DNA from: Bryobacterales bacterium
GTDB taxonomy: Bacteria > Acidobacteriota > Terriglobia > Bryobacterales > Bryobacteraceae
NCBI GenBank assembly: GCA_016789905.1
Contig: JAEUQC010000023.1
Span: 2 to 64,001 of the forward strand
Length of the DNA stretch: 64,000 nucleotides
Direction of reading: 5' to 3'
Numbering within the stretch: the stretch's first letter is position 1; each line of letters starts with the position of its first letter. Below are positions 17,379 through 25,550 of the stretch, one piece after another. The position numbers and the translations under genes were made by a program. The notes under the pieces are model-generated. The model was not told the DNA's origin and did not search any database. It saw nothing but the letters and a program-made list of their open reading frames with translations.

Positions 17379-18200
17379 TCAACGAGATAGCGAGGCCCCA
17401 ATCCCAGCGCGGATCCCTCGCGCCGTCACGCGCTGCGCCGCCGCCAGGTCGCGCGAGGGCTGGTCAAACGTTCCCGCCCAGATCACCTTCCCCGTATGCA
17501 CATCCACCAGCCGCACTGTGCTCCGAAGCTCCTCGCCCAGCTTCTGCACACTTCCTTCCACCAGCGTGTCCAACCCCAGCAGCCGCCCCATCAACCCCAT
17601 CGAAACTCCCGCCCGCTGATGCCGCCGCACCGTGCTCGGCGCCACCACATGCACCCCTTGCAGCCCCGACAACTCCGCCACCAATACGTCCGTCAACCCT
17701 TCCGAAAACGCATCCGACCCCTCGCAGTGACACACAAAGGGCACCACCGCCAGCGCCGTCCCTTCGCCGCCCGTCAAAAACCGCGATGGCACATAAAACT
17801 GGTAGTACCCCAGCCCCATCGCCAACAGCGCTGCCGTTGCTACCGGCCACCACCATCGCCGGCGCGAAACCGGTGCCGGAACAACCGCCCCATCCACCCG
17901 CACCTCCGCCGCAAACCGGTACCCTCGCTTCGGCACCGTCTCAATCACCGGACTCTCCGCCTCCTCATCCCCCAGCGCCTTCCGCAGCAGCGAAATATTC
18001 CGCGCCAACCCAATCTCTTCCACCACCGCGTCCGGCCACACCAGCCGCATCAGTTCGGCCTTCTCCACCACCTTTCCGTGCCGCTCAATCAGCACATGCA
18101 GCGTATCGGCCACCTTGGGCACCAGCGCCACCCGCTCCGCACCGCGATAAAGGACACGCTCCTCCGCTTCATAACGAAAAGCGCCGAAATGATACGCCAT
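17379..18200 (-). CDS. CadC/ToxR-like membrane-anchored transcriptional regulator (OmpR/PhoB-type winged helix, TM helix, periplasmic domain)
   Basis: N-terminal LVPKVADTLHVLIERHGKVVEKAELMRLVWPD...VPKRGYRF is a trans_reg_C winged helix. It is followed by the TM helix WWWPVATAALLAMGLGYY and a TolB-N-like periplasmic domain. Confidence 0.8.
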   Translation of the reverse strand: MAYHFGAFRYEAEERVLYRGAERVALVPKVADTLHVLIERHGKVVEKAELMRLVWPDAVVEEIGLARNISLLRKALGDEEAESPVIETVPKRGYRFAAEVRVDGAVVPAPVSRRRWWWPVATAALLAMGLGYYQFYVPSRFLTGGEGTALAVVPFVCHCEGSDAFSEGLTDVLVAELSGLQGVHVVAPSTVRRHQRAGVSMGLMGRLLGLDTLVEGSVQKLGEELRSTVRLVDVHTGKVIWAGTFDQPSRDLAAAQRVTARGIRAGIGASLSR

Positions 18201-18209
18201 TGCTTCTAT

Positions 18210-20501
18210 TTACTCATTCTGAAACACTCTCTCCATCATTTCCCGTGTCGGCGTCAGCGCCGGGTTTACCACCAGCACCGGTTCGCTTACCAGCGTGGCC
18301 GCCAACGCTTCGCGGTCCGGCGCTGCCGGCTGCCATGCCAGCTCAAACCGGAATTCGAACACCCCCGCCTCATCCGCCACAAAGTTTGTGTGCCAGAAGT
18401 TGTCGTACACCATCGCGTGCAACCGGTGCGGCTCGGACGGCGCCGCCGTAATCCGCTGCCAAGTATGCGGCCCGCCCACCGTCACCATCGGCGCGTCCCT
18501 GGTCACCCAAACCCAATGCCCTGCTTCCGCGGCCGTATAATGCGCCCAACCATCAATGGCATAGTAGTCCCGACACGATCCCGGCAATTGGTCCGTGTGC
18601 GGCGTATAGGGCACGCCCCCATTCGAGAATCGTGGCAGCGTATCCCGCACCGGAAACGGGAACGCCACGAAGAGAGCCTCCGCCACCGGCGAACTCCGCC
18701 GGTTTAGCGTCATTGTTACCGTCGCCCGCGGCCGATCCCGGAATAGTTCCACCTTCCGCACGTTGGCCCCGCCCAACGGCGACAGACATTCATGAATCAT
18801 TGGCTGCGCATACACCAGAGTGTGCGCCGTTTCCGTCAACTTCACCTCACCATACTTGGCCGCTACCCGACGCAGATTCGCCGGATTCATCTTGCTTGAT
18901 CGTCGCGCCGGCGCCGCAATCTGAACCGCCAACAATTCCCCCAACCCGCCCGCAAACAGAGGCAGTTCCATCCCCGGCCACTTTGCCGCCGTGGGCCATC
19001 CGTCCCCGTCCTGCACAACTTCCGGACGCGCCGAGGAACCCGCAACCGGCGTCAGCTTAGCCATCGAGTTCGCCGGCATTTCCAGCACCCACTCCGGCTG
19101 CTGATTCCCCACCCCGCCCCGCCACTCCACCCATCCCGTGTACGGCAACGGTGCCGTATTTATTACCCACGTCCCCTCGCCCCGTGCCGTCGCCGCCACC
19201 CGCGCGCGCCGTCCCAACAGCCACTCGGCGTGACCCATCGGCCGGTACGCCAGCAAGCTTTTCTCCGTATATTGCCCCAGCGTATCGAGCGACCATGGGT
19301 GCGATACCGAAACATTCGCCCCCCATGTATGCTCATCGAACAGACACAGCTCCCGCTGAATCTCGGAGACCTTCCGCTTTTGCGCCTCGGTAAACGGCCC
19401 CAACACCGGCGATCCCGCCGCCGCCAGGTGCCGCTTCGCCAGCCGCGACGCCGCCACTTCCCGAGGGCCCGACGCATCCCCATTCGCCCACCAGTCCGTC
19501 CACTCCCCCTTATGCGTCGGCACCATCCCTCCCGCGGCTTTCTCCATCGCGAACACCGCCTCCGTGGCCGTCGCGAACCGGAGCGGCGGTTGCAGCCCCA
19601 ACCGGTTCCAGGCATCGATAAACGGCGCCAAGGGTGCGAACGGCGGATCGTTGTCATACCGCCACTGGTTCGTGTACGAGAGGATCAGCCGTGGCAGCGC
19701 ATAGCCCGCCGTCTCCAACTGTCCCAGACGCCCCAGAAAATGCGCATGCGACGCCCGCAGCGACGCCTCGTCCGTCTTTAAATGATCGCCCTCGTACGGC
19801 GGCCGCAGTTCCGTCGTCGCGCCCTTGGCCTGCCCCCGCTGCCACCGCTTCGATTCAAAAAAACTATACGCCGTGCCATAGTGATCTCCCAACCACACAA
19901 ACAACCGCCGCGCGTCCGGCATCCGCCACCAAAAGGCCGTCGGCCGCGGAAACGGCGTCCCGCCCATGTCAACATTGATCCCCATCATCAAATGCCGGAT
20001 TCCCCGGTCCAACAGTTGCAGCGCCCCCGCCCGTGGAAAGCCGTTAACGTCGTTCTGCATTCCCACCCTCGGATTCAGCGCCCGCCACAGCGGCGCCGGT
20101 ATCCACTGCATCGCCTCCCGCCACTGCGCCGCGTTCATGAACGGCGCCTGATTGAACGGCAGCGCCATCGCGTCCATCTGCCCGCTCCGCACCAATCGCA
20201 GCAGCGCATCCTTCCGCGCCACCGGCGCTTCGCGCCAGAAATCGTCCACCGTCACCAGCGCCTCGCACGTCCACCGGAATCGCGGGTTGTGCAGGCAGCA
20301 GTCGATGGCCGCGTCCAGAAATCGCACCTGCAAATCCCGCGTCACCGACGGCAGGTCGGTGTAGCCGATATCCGTGTGCGAGTGGTGGATGATATCGACA
20401 TGCCGAATGTACCTTAGTACGGGCATCTCTTGCGTCTGCGCGCCGCCGGCAAGCGCGGCGGCGGCCAGGCCGCCCAGGGCGGCTCTTCGGGTTGTGGGCA
20501 T
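18210..20501 (-). CDS. Tat-exported glycoside hydrolase, GH38 N-terminal-domain-like
   Basis: 763 aa. The Tat signal is MPTTRRAALGGLAAAALAGG. IIHHSHTDIGYTD resembles the GH38 HSHxD metal-binding motif. The family assignment is tentative. Confidence 0.55.
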   Translation of the reverse strand: MPTTRRAALGGLAAAALAGGAQTQEMPVLRYIRHVDIIHHSHTDIGYTDLPSVTRDLQVRFLDAAIDCCLHNPRFRWTCEALVTVDDFWREAPVARKDALLRLVRSGQMDAMALPFNQAPFMNAAQWREAMQWIPAPLWRALNPRVGMQNDVNGFPRAGALQLLDRGIRHLMMGINVDMGGTPFPRPTAFWWRMPDARRLFVWLGDHYGTAYSFFESKRWQRGQAKGATTELRPPYEGDHLKTDEASLRASHAHFLGRLGQLETAGYALPRLILSYTNQWRYDNDPPFAPLAPFIDAWNRLGLQPPLRFATATEAVFAMEKAAGGMVPTHKGEWTDWWANGDASGPREVAASRLAKRHLAAAGSPVLGPFTEAQKRKVSEIQRELCLFDEHTWGANVSVSHPWSLDTLGQYTEKSLLAYRPMGHAEWLLGRRARVAATARGEGTWVINTAPLPYTGWVEWRGGVGNQQPEWVLEMPANSMAKLTPVAGSSARPEVVQDGDGWPTAAKWPGMELPLFAGGLGELLAVQIAAPARRSSKMNPANLRRVAAKYGEVKLTETAHTLVYAQPMIHECLSPLGGANVRKVELFRDRPRATVTMTLNRRSSPVAEALFVAFPFPVRDTLPRFSNGGVPYTPHTDQLPGSCRDYYAIDGWAHYTAAEAGHWVWVTRDAPMVTVGGPHTWQRITAAPSEPHRLHAMVYDNFWHTNFVADEAGVFEFRFELAWQPAAPDREALAATLVSEPVLVVNPALTPTREMMERVFQNE

Positions 20502-20574
20502 CGGTCTCCGGGCTCCTTTGCAAGGCCGGCTAGTCGCAATATACAGCAGCCCGCGCTATCGTGATAGGGCACCT

Positions 20575-21891
20575 ATGCTACGCTTCGCTCTTTTCTCCCT
20601 TTTATCTCTCCCCCTCCTCGCCCAGGACCGCATTGGCACCATCCAACTGCGCGTCTCCACAGACCGCGCCGACTGGCGCTACACGCCTGGCCAGCCCGTC
20701 CGCTTCCGCATACTCGCCATCCAGGACGGCCACCTCGTCTCCGGCCTCAAAGTCACCTACAAAATCGGCCCCGAAATGATGCCGCCCAAAATCGAGCAAT
20801 CCGCCACACTCCCCGCCGAGGGACTCATCGTCGATGGCGGCACCCTCACTGAACCCGGCTTCCTGCGCTGCATCGCCACTGTCGAAAAGAACGGCAAGAC
20901 TTACCGCGCCCTCGCCACCGCCGCATTCCAGCCCGAAGCCCTCAAGCCCACCCAATCCGACCCTGCGGACTTCGACCAATTCTGGGCCGCCGGCAAAGCC
21001 GCACTTGCCAAAATCCCCATCGACGCCAAACGCACCCTCCTCCCCGATTACGGCAATGCCGCAGCCAACTGCTACCATCTCAATCTGCAAAATGTTGGCG
21101 CCGGCACCGGCACTTCCCGCTTCTACGGCATCCTCTGCGAGCCCAAAGCCCCCGGCAAGTATCCGGCGCTACTCAGCGTGCCCGGCGCCGGCGTCCGCCC
21201 CTACCGCGGCCTCGCCGAAATGGCCGCCCGCGGCGTCATCACGCTGCAGGTCGGCATCCACGGCATTCCCGTCACCATGGACCAGTCTGTCTATGATTCG
21301 CTCGGCACCGGTGCCCTCGCCGGCTACAACACCTTCGGTCTCGACAACCGGGACCGCTATTATTACCGCCGCGTCTACCTCGGCTGCGTCCGCGCCAATG
21401 ACTACCTCACCACCCATCCCAACTGGGACGGCCTTACCCTCGCTGTCACCGGCGGCAGCCAGGGTGGCGCGCTTTCCATCATCACCGCCGCCCTCGATCC
21501 TCGCGTAAAAGGACTCGCCGCCTACTACCCCGCCCTTGCTGACGTTACCGGCTATCTGCAGAACCGCGCCGGCGGCTGGCCCCACATGTTCCGCGCCACC
21601 GAAGGCGCCCAGGCCCACCGCTCTCAGGACAAGATCGCCGCTTCCAGCTACTACGACGTCGTCAACTTCGCGCGCCGCGTCAAAGTCCCCGGCCTCTACT
21701 CCTGGGGCTTCAACGACGAGACCTGCCCGCCCACTTCCATGTACTCGGCCTACAACGTTATCCCCGGTCAAAAGCGCCTTCTGCTCGCCCTCGAAACCGG
21801 CCACAACAACATCCCCGAACAAGTGGCCGAAGTCCAGTCCTGGCTGTATTCGTTTCTTAAGGTGGCGCCGGATCAGAACGGAGCGCGCTAA
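20575..21891 (+). CDS. Acetylxylan esterase / cephalosporin-C deacetylase family (CE7-like) with N-terminal Ig-like domain
   Basis: The track ORF starts at 20374. ATG 20575 gives the signal peptide MLRFALFSLLSLPLLAQD. Supporting motifs are DPADFDQFW, the GGSQGG nucleophile elbow, and the C-terminal ETGHN. Confidence 0.8.
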   Translation: MLRFALFSLLSLPLLAQDRIGTIQLRVSTDRADWRYTPGQPVRFRILAIQDGHLVSGLKVTYKIGPEMMPPKIEQSATLPAEGLIVDGGTLTEPGFLRCIATVEKNGKTYRALATAAFQPEALKPTQSDPADFDQFWAAGKAALAKIPIDAKRTLLPDYGNAAANCYHLNLQNVGAGTGTSRFYGILCEPKAPGKYPALLSVPGAGVRPYRGLAEMAARGVITLQVGIHGIPVTMDQSVYDSLGTGALAGYNTFGLDNRDRYYYRRVYLGCVRANDYLTTHPNWDGLTLAVTGGSQGGALSIITAALDPRVKGLAAYYPALADVTGYLQNRAGGWPHMFRATEGAQAHRSQDKIAASSYYDVVNFARRVKVPGLYSWGFNDETCPPTSMYSAYNVIPGQKRLLLALETGHNNIPEQVAEVQSWLYSFLKVAPDQNGAR

Positions 21892-21923
21892 ACTACTCTA
21901 ATTCGCTGGAAGGAGCGATCCCC

Positions 21924-22769
21924 ATGTGTGACCAGATTCATTTCGACGACGACCTCAAAGAATTCGAAGCCCGCGGGCTCGTTACCCGCAAACAATTCGG
22001 CGCCTTGCTAGGTGCTGGCGTCCTTTTGCCACAAGTCGCCAACGCCGCTCCCACCAACGAGGCTGACGTGTCGATCACTACTCCCGACGGCACCGCCGAC
22101 GCCTACTTCGTCCATCCTGCATCCGGGACCGCACCGGGAGTCCTCATTTGGCCGGATATCTTTGGGCTCCGCCCTTCTTTCCGCCAAATGGGCCGCCGTC
22201 TCGCTGAGTCCGGCTTCTCCGTCCTCGTTGTCAACCCCTTCTACCGCACAAAGAAGGCTCCTACGGCTGAAGCCGGCTCCGCCACCCCCATTCAACAGGT
22301 GATGCCGCTCGCCCAAAGCCTGAACGAAACGACCCACATGACCGACGCCAAGGCCTTTACCGCCTGGCTTGACGCTCAGAAATCCGTCGCCAAGAATCGC
22401 AAGATGGGAACACAGGGTTATTGCATGGGCGGCCCTATGGCCTTCCGCACCGCCGCCGCGTCCGATCGTGTCGGCGCCGTAGCCTCATTCCACGGTGGAG
22501 GACTGGTTCGGGATACTCCCTCCAGCCCCCATCTTCAAGCCGCCAAGACCAAAGCCAGCTTCCTCATCGCCGTCGCGGAGAATGACGACAAGCGCGCCCC
22601 CACCGATAAGGACGTTCTTAAGGAAACCTTCGCCAAGGCCAACCTTTCCGCCGAAATCGAGGTCTACGGCGCCGCCCACGGCTGGTGCCCGCCCGATTCC
22701 CGCGTCTACAACGAAGCTCTGGCGGAAAAAGCATGGGCCCGGCTCCTCGCCCTCTACGCGAAGCTGTAG
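21924..22769 (+). CDS. Dienelactone hydrolase family protein
   Basis: Motifs are GVLIWPDIFGL, GTQGYCMGGPMAF (nucleophile Cys elbow) and AAHGW. The N-terminal signal is RK-type (TRKQFGALLGAGVLLPQVANA). Confidence 0.8.
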   Translation: MCDQIHFDDDLKEFEARGLVTRKQFGALLGAGVLLPQVANAAPTNEADVSITTPDGTADAYFVHPASGTAPGVLIWPDIFGLRPSFRQMGRRLAESGFSVLVVNPFYRTKKAPTAEAGSATPIQQVMPLAQSLNETTHMTDAKAFTAWLDAQKSVAKNRKMGTQGYCMGGPMAFRTAAASDRVGAVASFHGGGLVRDTPSSPHLQAAKTKASFLIAVAENDDKRAPTDKDVLKETFAKANLSAEIEVYGAAHGWCPPDSRVYNEALAEKAWARLLALYAKL

Positions 22770-23106
22770 CCTATACCTTCTTTTCCAATACTCTATCGTG
22801 GGCCTGGCATAGGCGCCGGAGCCCACGGTCGCTCTCTTCCTTACATCCCGCCGTCATCCTCCGGAAGCCTGCGCTGCGCGAATTCTGGCCCTGCGTCTCC
22901 GCTCCGCGATTCGCCACATGCGCCGCCGCCGTCCGCGCGTCCGATTTCAGATTCATACGGACCCCGGCCTGGGCAATGGCACTTACCCGCACGCCCGTAT
23001 TGCCGGGAACATTCGTCGGGATGTCGCAACTTTCCCAGGCGGATTCGCCGTCACCACTTCCCGCATTCCACCACGCAAAAGCGGAATACCATAGGAGCAG
23101 GCAAAA

Positions 23107-24513
23107 ATGCGCTTCCCTCTCCTTCCCCTCCTCGCATTCAGTCTGACCGCTGGTGATTGGCCCCAACTCCGCGGGCCCGCAGGGTCCGGCCTCTGCCCTG
23201 ACTGCGGCCCCGTTCCCACTGAGTTTGGCCCCCAGAAGTACCGGCTTTGGAAGGCGCCTGTACCGGAAGGCAAATCGTCGCCGGTCCTGGTGGGTGACCA
23301 GATCTTCTTGACCGCCAGCGAAGGGGACGATCTGATAACACTCTCCCTCAATCGAACATCGGGCAAGGAGTTGTGGCGACGGGCCATCCGCGCCCCGAAG
23401 CGAGAATCGCAGCACACCCTAAACCACCGCGCCGCGCCCACCGTCGCATCCGGCCCCAATAGCGTGTTCGCGTTCTTTGCCGATTTTGGCTTGGCAGCGT
23501 ACGATTTTGCCGGTAGGGAGCTGTGGCGCCTGCCCTTGGGTCCGTTCAACAGCCAGCATGGCATCGTCGCGTCGCCCGTCTACGCCGAAGGGCGCGTGGT
23601 GCTCGTTTGCGACCAGGATACCGACGCCTTTATCGTTGCCGTAGACGCCAAAACGGGGCGCATCGTTTGGAAAACGCCGCGCAACGTCATCAACGGATAC
23701 TCCACTCCCATCATTCATCGTCCCGCGTCGGGCCCGGTTCAGATCATCGCGCCCGGCTCGTACCAACTCACCGCGTACTCGATACTGGATGGCGAACAAC
23801 TCTGGTTCGTTCGCGGACTCACCTGCCAGCCAAAGTCGGCTCCCACCATCGCCGGCGGAACGCTCTACTTCAGCGGTTGGACGCCGGGCAACGATGCCGG
23901 CCAACAGGTTGACTTGCCACCCTACAGGGAAGCGGCGGCGGCAGCCGACACAAACAGGGATGGAAAGTTTTCCCCCGAAGAACTGCCGCAACCTTGGAAG
24001 CCGACCGGCACCTGGCGCGCCGTGGACCTGGACCGCGACGGGTTTCTGAACGAACGCGAGTGGACGTTTTTCCGTACCCGTCGCGCTTCCCGCAATGCGA
24101 TTCTGGCGGTGAAACTCGGTGGCAAGGGCGATGTCACCGATACCCATGTCCTCTGGAAGTACGAGAAATCACTCCCGGATGTGCCCGCGCCGCTGGTTAT
24201 GGATGGTGTGGTTTTCCTGGTCCGAAGTGGCGGAATCGTCACCACTTTGGACGCAGTAACCGGCAAATTGTTGAAACAGGCGCGACTCACCGGCGCCTTG
24301 GAAGACTATTATTCTTCACCTGTTGGCGTGGATGGAAAGGTATTCGTCGCCAGCGAACACGGTAAAGTGGTGGTTCTTCGCGCCAAAGGAGAATGGGAGA
24401 TTGTCGCCATTAACGATTTTGACGCCGACATCTACGCCACCCCCGCCCTCTCTGCCGGCAAGCTGTACATTCGCACGCGCGACGCCCTCTACGCAATCGG
24501 CGTGGAGAAATAG
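23107..24513 (+). CDS. PQQ-like (BamB-like) beta-propeller protein with inserted EF-hand pair
   Basis: Signal peptide, then GDWPQLRGP, which is typical of PQQ-like propellers. The EF-hand loops are DTNRDGKFSPEEL and DLDRDGFLNEREW. C-terminal LYIRTRDALYAIG. Confidence 0.8.
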   Translation: MRFPLLPLLAFSLTAGDWPQLRGPAGSGLCPDCGPVPTEFGPQKYRLWKAPVPEGKSSPVLVGDQIFLTASEGDDLITLSLNRTSGKELWRRAIRAPKRESQHTLNHRAAPTVASGPNSVFAFFADFGLAAYDFAGRELWRLPLGPFNSQHGIVASPVYAEGRVVLVCDQDTDAFIVAVDAKTGRIVWKTPRNVINGYSTPIIHRPASGPVQIIAPGSYQLTAYSILDGEQLWFVRGLTCQPKSAPTIAGGTLYFSGWTPGNDAGQQVDLPPYREAAAAADTNRDGKFSPEELPQPWKPTGTWRAVDLDRDGFLNEREWTFFRTRRASRNAILAVKLGGKGDVTDTHVLWKYEKSLPDVPAPLVMDGVVFLVRSGGIVTTLDAVTGKLLKQARLTGALEDYYSSPVGVDGKVFVASEHGKVVVLRAKGEWEIVAINDFDADIYATPALSAGKLYIRTRDALYAIGVEK

Positions 24514-24521
24514 CCATTCAC

Positions 24522-25520
24522 TCAGAGCCCGCCTTCTGTTTTTTGCAGCCTCGTGTTTGCAATCGCGGCGACGCAGACGGTAGCGATCGAAACCTCTTGC
24601 GCCGGTGGCAACCAGTGGCCATATTCCTCCCCGAACCAAGTCGTAGCGAAACTCTGCCCTGCCGGGGCCACCAGGGAGAGGCGGTCCGCATAAAATCGAA
24701 CCCACGAATCACAACGGCTGCGAATGGTGGAGCGGAGTGACCCGCGGCTAAACCGGTAGCGGCTCGGGTTTAACGATTCGTCGAGATGATTCGACAGGAA
24801 CGGTTCCAAAAGCCGTTCGGGTCGGATGCCGGCCCGCAACCGCCAGCCCTTCTGCGCCGGTTCAAACATCGGCGGGTAGACCCGGTCCCCAATCCGTACC
24901 GGAGTGCGGAGATTGAAATAAAACTTCATGCCGGCGTAATTGGCAGCCAGATCGCCGTTTGAATAGACCCCGCTGGCCAGCGTGCCGTAGTATTTGTGCT
25001 CCTGCTTGGCGCCTCGGGCCACGACAGCGGCGATGGCGGCCGCCGTTGTGGCTCCCTCTGCTTCGCGTTTGCGCGTCAGTTCGAAATATTCGTAACCTTG
25101 CTGAAAGAAATGGTCGATCTTGTCGGTGCCCATAAAGAAGCCATGAACAAGGACGGTGGGCGCATCAATCACGAAGGAAGCCGGCAGCGGAGAGAACGTA
25201 TTTCGGTAAATAGAACGGAAGACAGCCGGGCGGAAACGCACCGGTTGTTCGGTAACCCGCCGTCCTCTTACCCACTTGGCGATTCTGGAAGAAAAGATGT
25301 TTCCGCCTGCCCAATCGGACAGGATACGTTCCGGATCACGCCCGGTGCGGTCAGACTCGATGACCTCGACGACTTTTCGCGAGAGTTCCGGACCGATGTC
25401 ATAGAGCGGCGTGCGTGGCGTCGTGAACTGATCGGTCTCGGTTCCGAACACTACGTGGCCAGCCGCAATCGCAGAAGCTGCCAGAAGCGTCCGGCGCATC
25501 AAGTGGGCGCTAAGGGACAA
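24522..25520 (-). CDS. Hypothetical secreted protein
   Basis: 332 aa. The signal peptide is MRRTLLAASAIAAG, so the alternative start ATG 25499 is possible. It starts 30 nt downstream of the PEGA gene on the same strand. Confidence 0.6.
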   Translation of the reverse strand: MSLSAHLMRRTLLAASAIAAGHVVFGTETDQFTTPRTPLYDIGPELSRKVVEVIESDRTGRDPERILSDWAGGNIFSSRIAKWVRGRRVTEQPVRFRPAVFRSIYRNTFSPLPASFVIDAPTVLVHGFFMGTDKIDHFFQQGYEYFELTRKREAEGATTAAAIAAVVARGAKQEHKYYGTLASGVYSNGDLAANYAGMKFYFNLRTPVRIGDRVYPPMFEPAQKGWRLRAGIRPERLLEPFLSNHLDESLNPSRYRFSRGSLRSTIRSRCDSWVRFYADRLSLVAPAGQSFATTWFGEEYGHWLPPAQEVSIATVCVAAIANTRLQKTEGGL

Positions 25521-25550
25521 TCTCTTCAGTCTAACCCAGCCGAATCCAAA

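Noticed and set aside
17369-18707. Long plus-strand ORFs (360 aa Pro/Ala-rich; 403 aa Arg/His/Pro-rich) overlapping the CadC-like and GH38-like genes
   Set aside because: They are antisense to ORFs with clear domain signatures. Their low-complexity Pro/Arg/Ala composition is what off-frame translation of GC-rich coding DNA produces. They have no motifs or signal sequences.
22770-23106. Possible riboswitch or sRNA in the long leader of the PQQ/EF-hand gene
   Set aside because: I saw only short imperfect hairpins (for example GGCAAT...ATTGCC and ATTCC...GGAAT). Nothing there can be matched to a known RNA family by eye. An Rfam/covariance scan is needed before any call.
22771-23564. Minus-strand ORFs of 214 aa and 193 aa spanning the 337-nt gap and the start of the PQQ/EF-hand gene
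   Set aside because: They overlap the well-supported plus-strand propeller gene, have no motifs and are Arg/Gly/Pro-rich. I treated 22770..23106 as non-coding.
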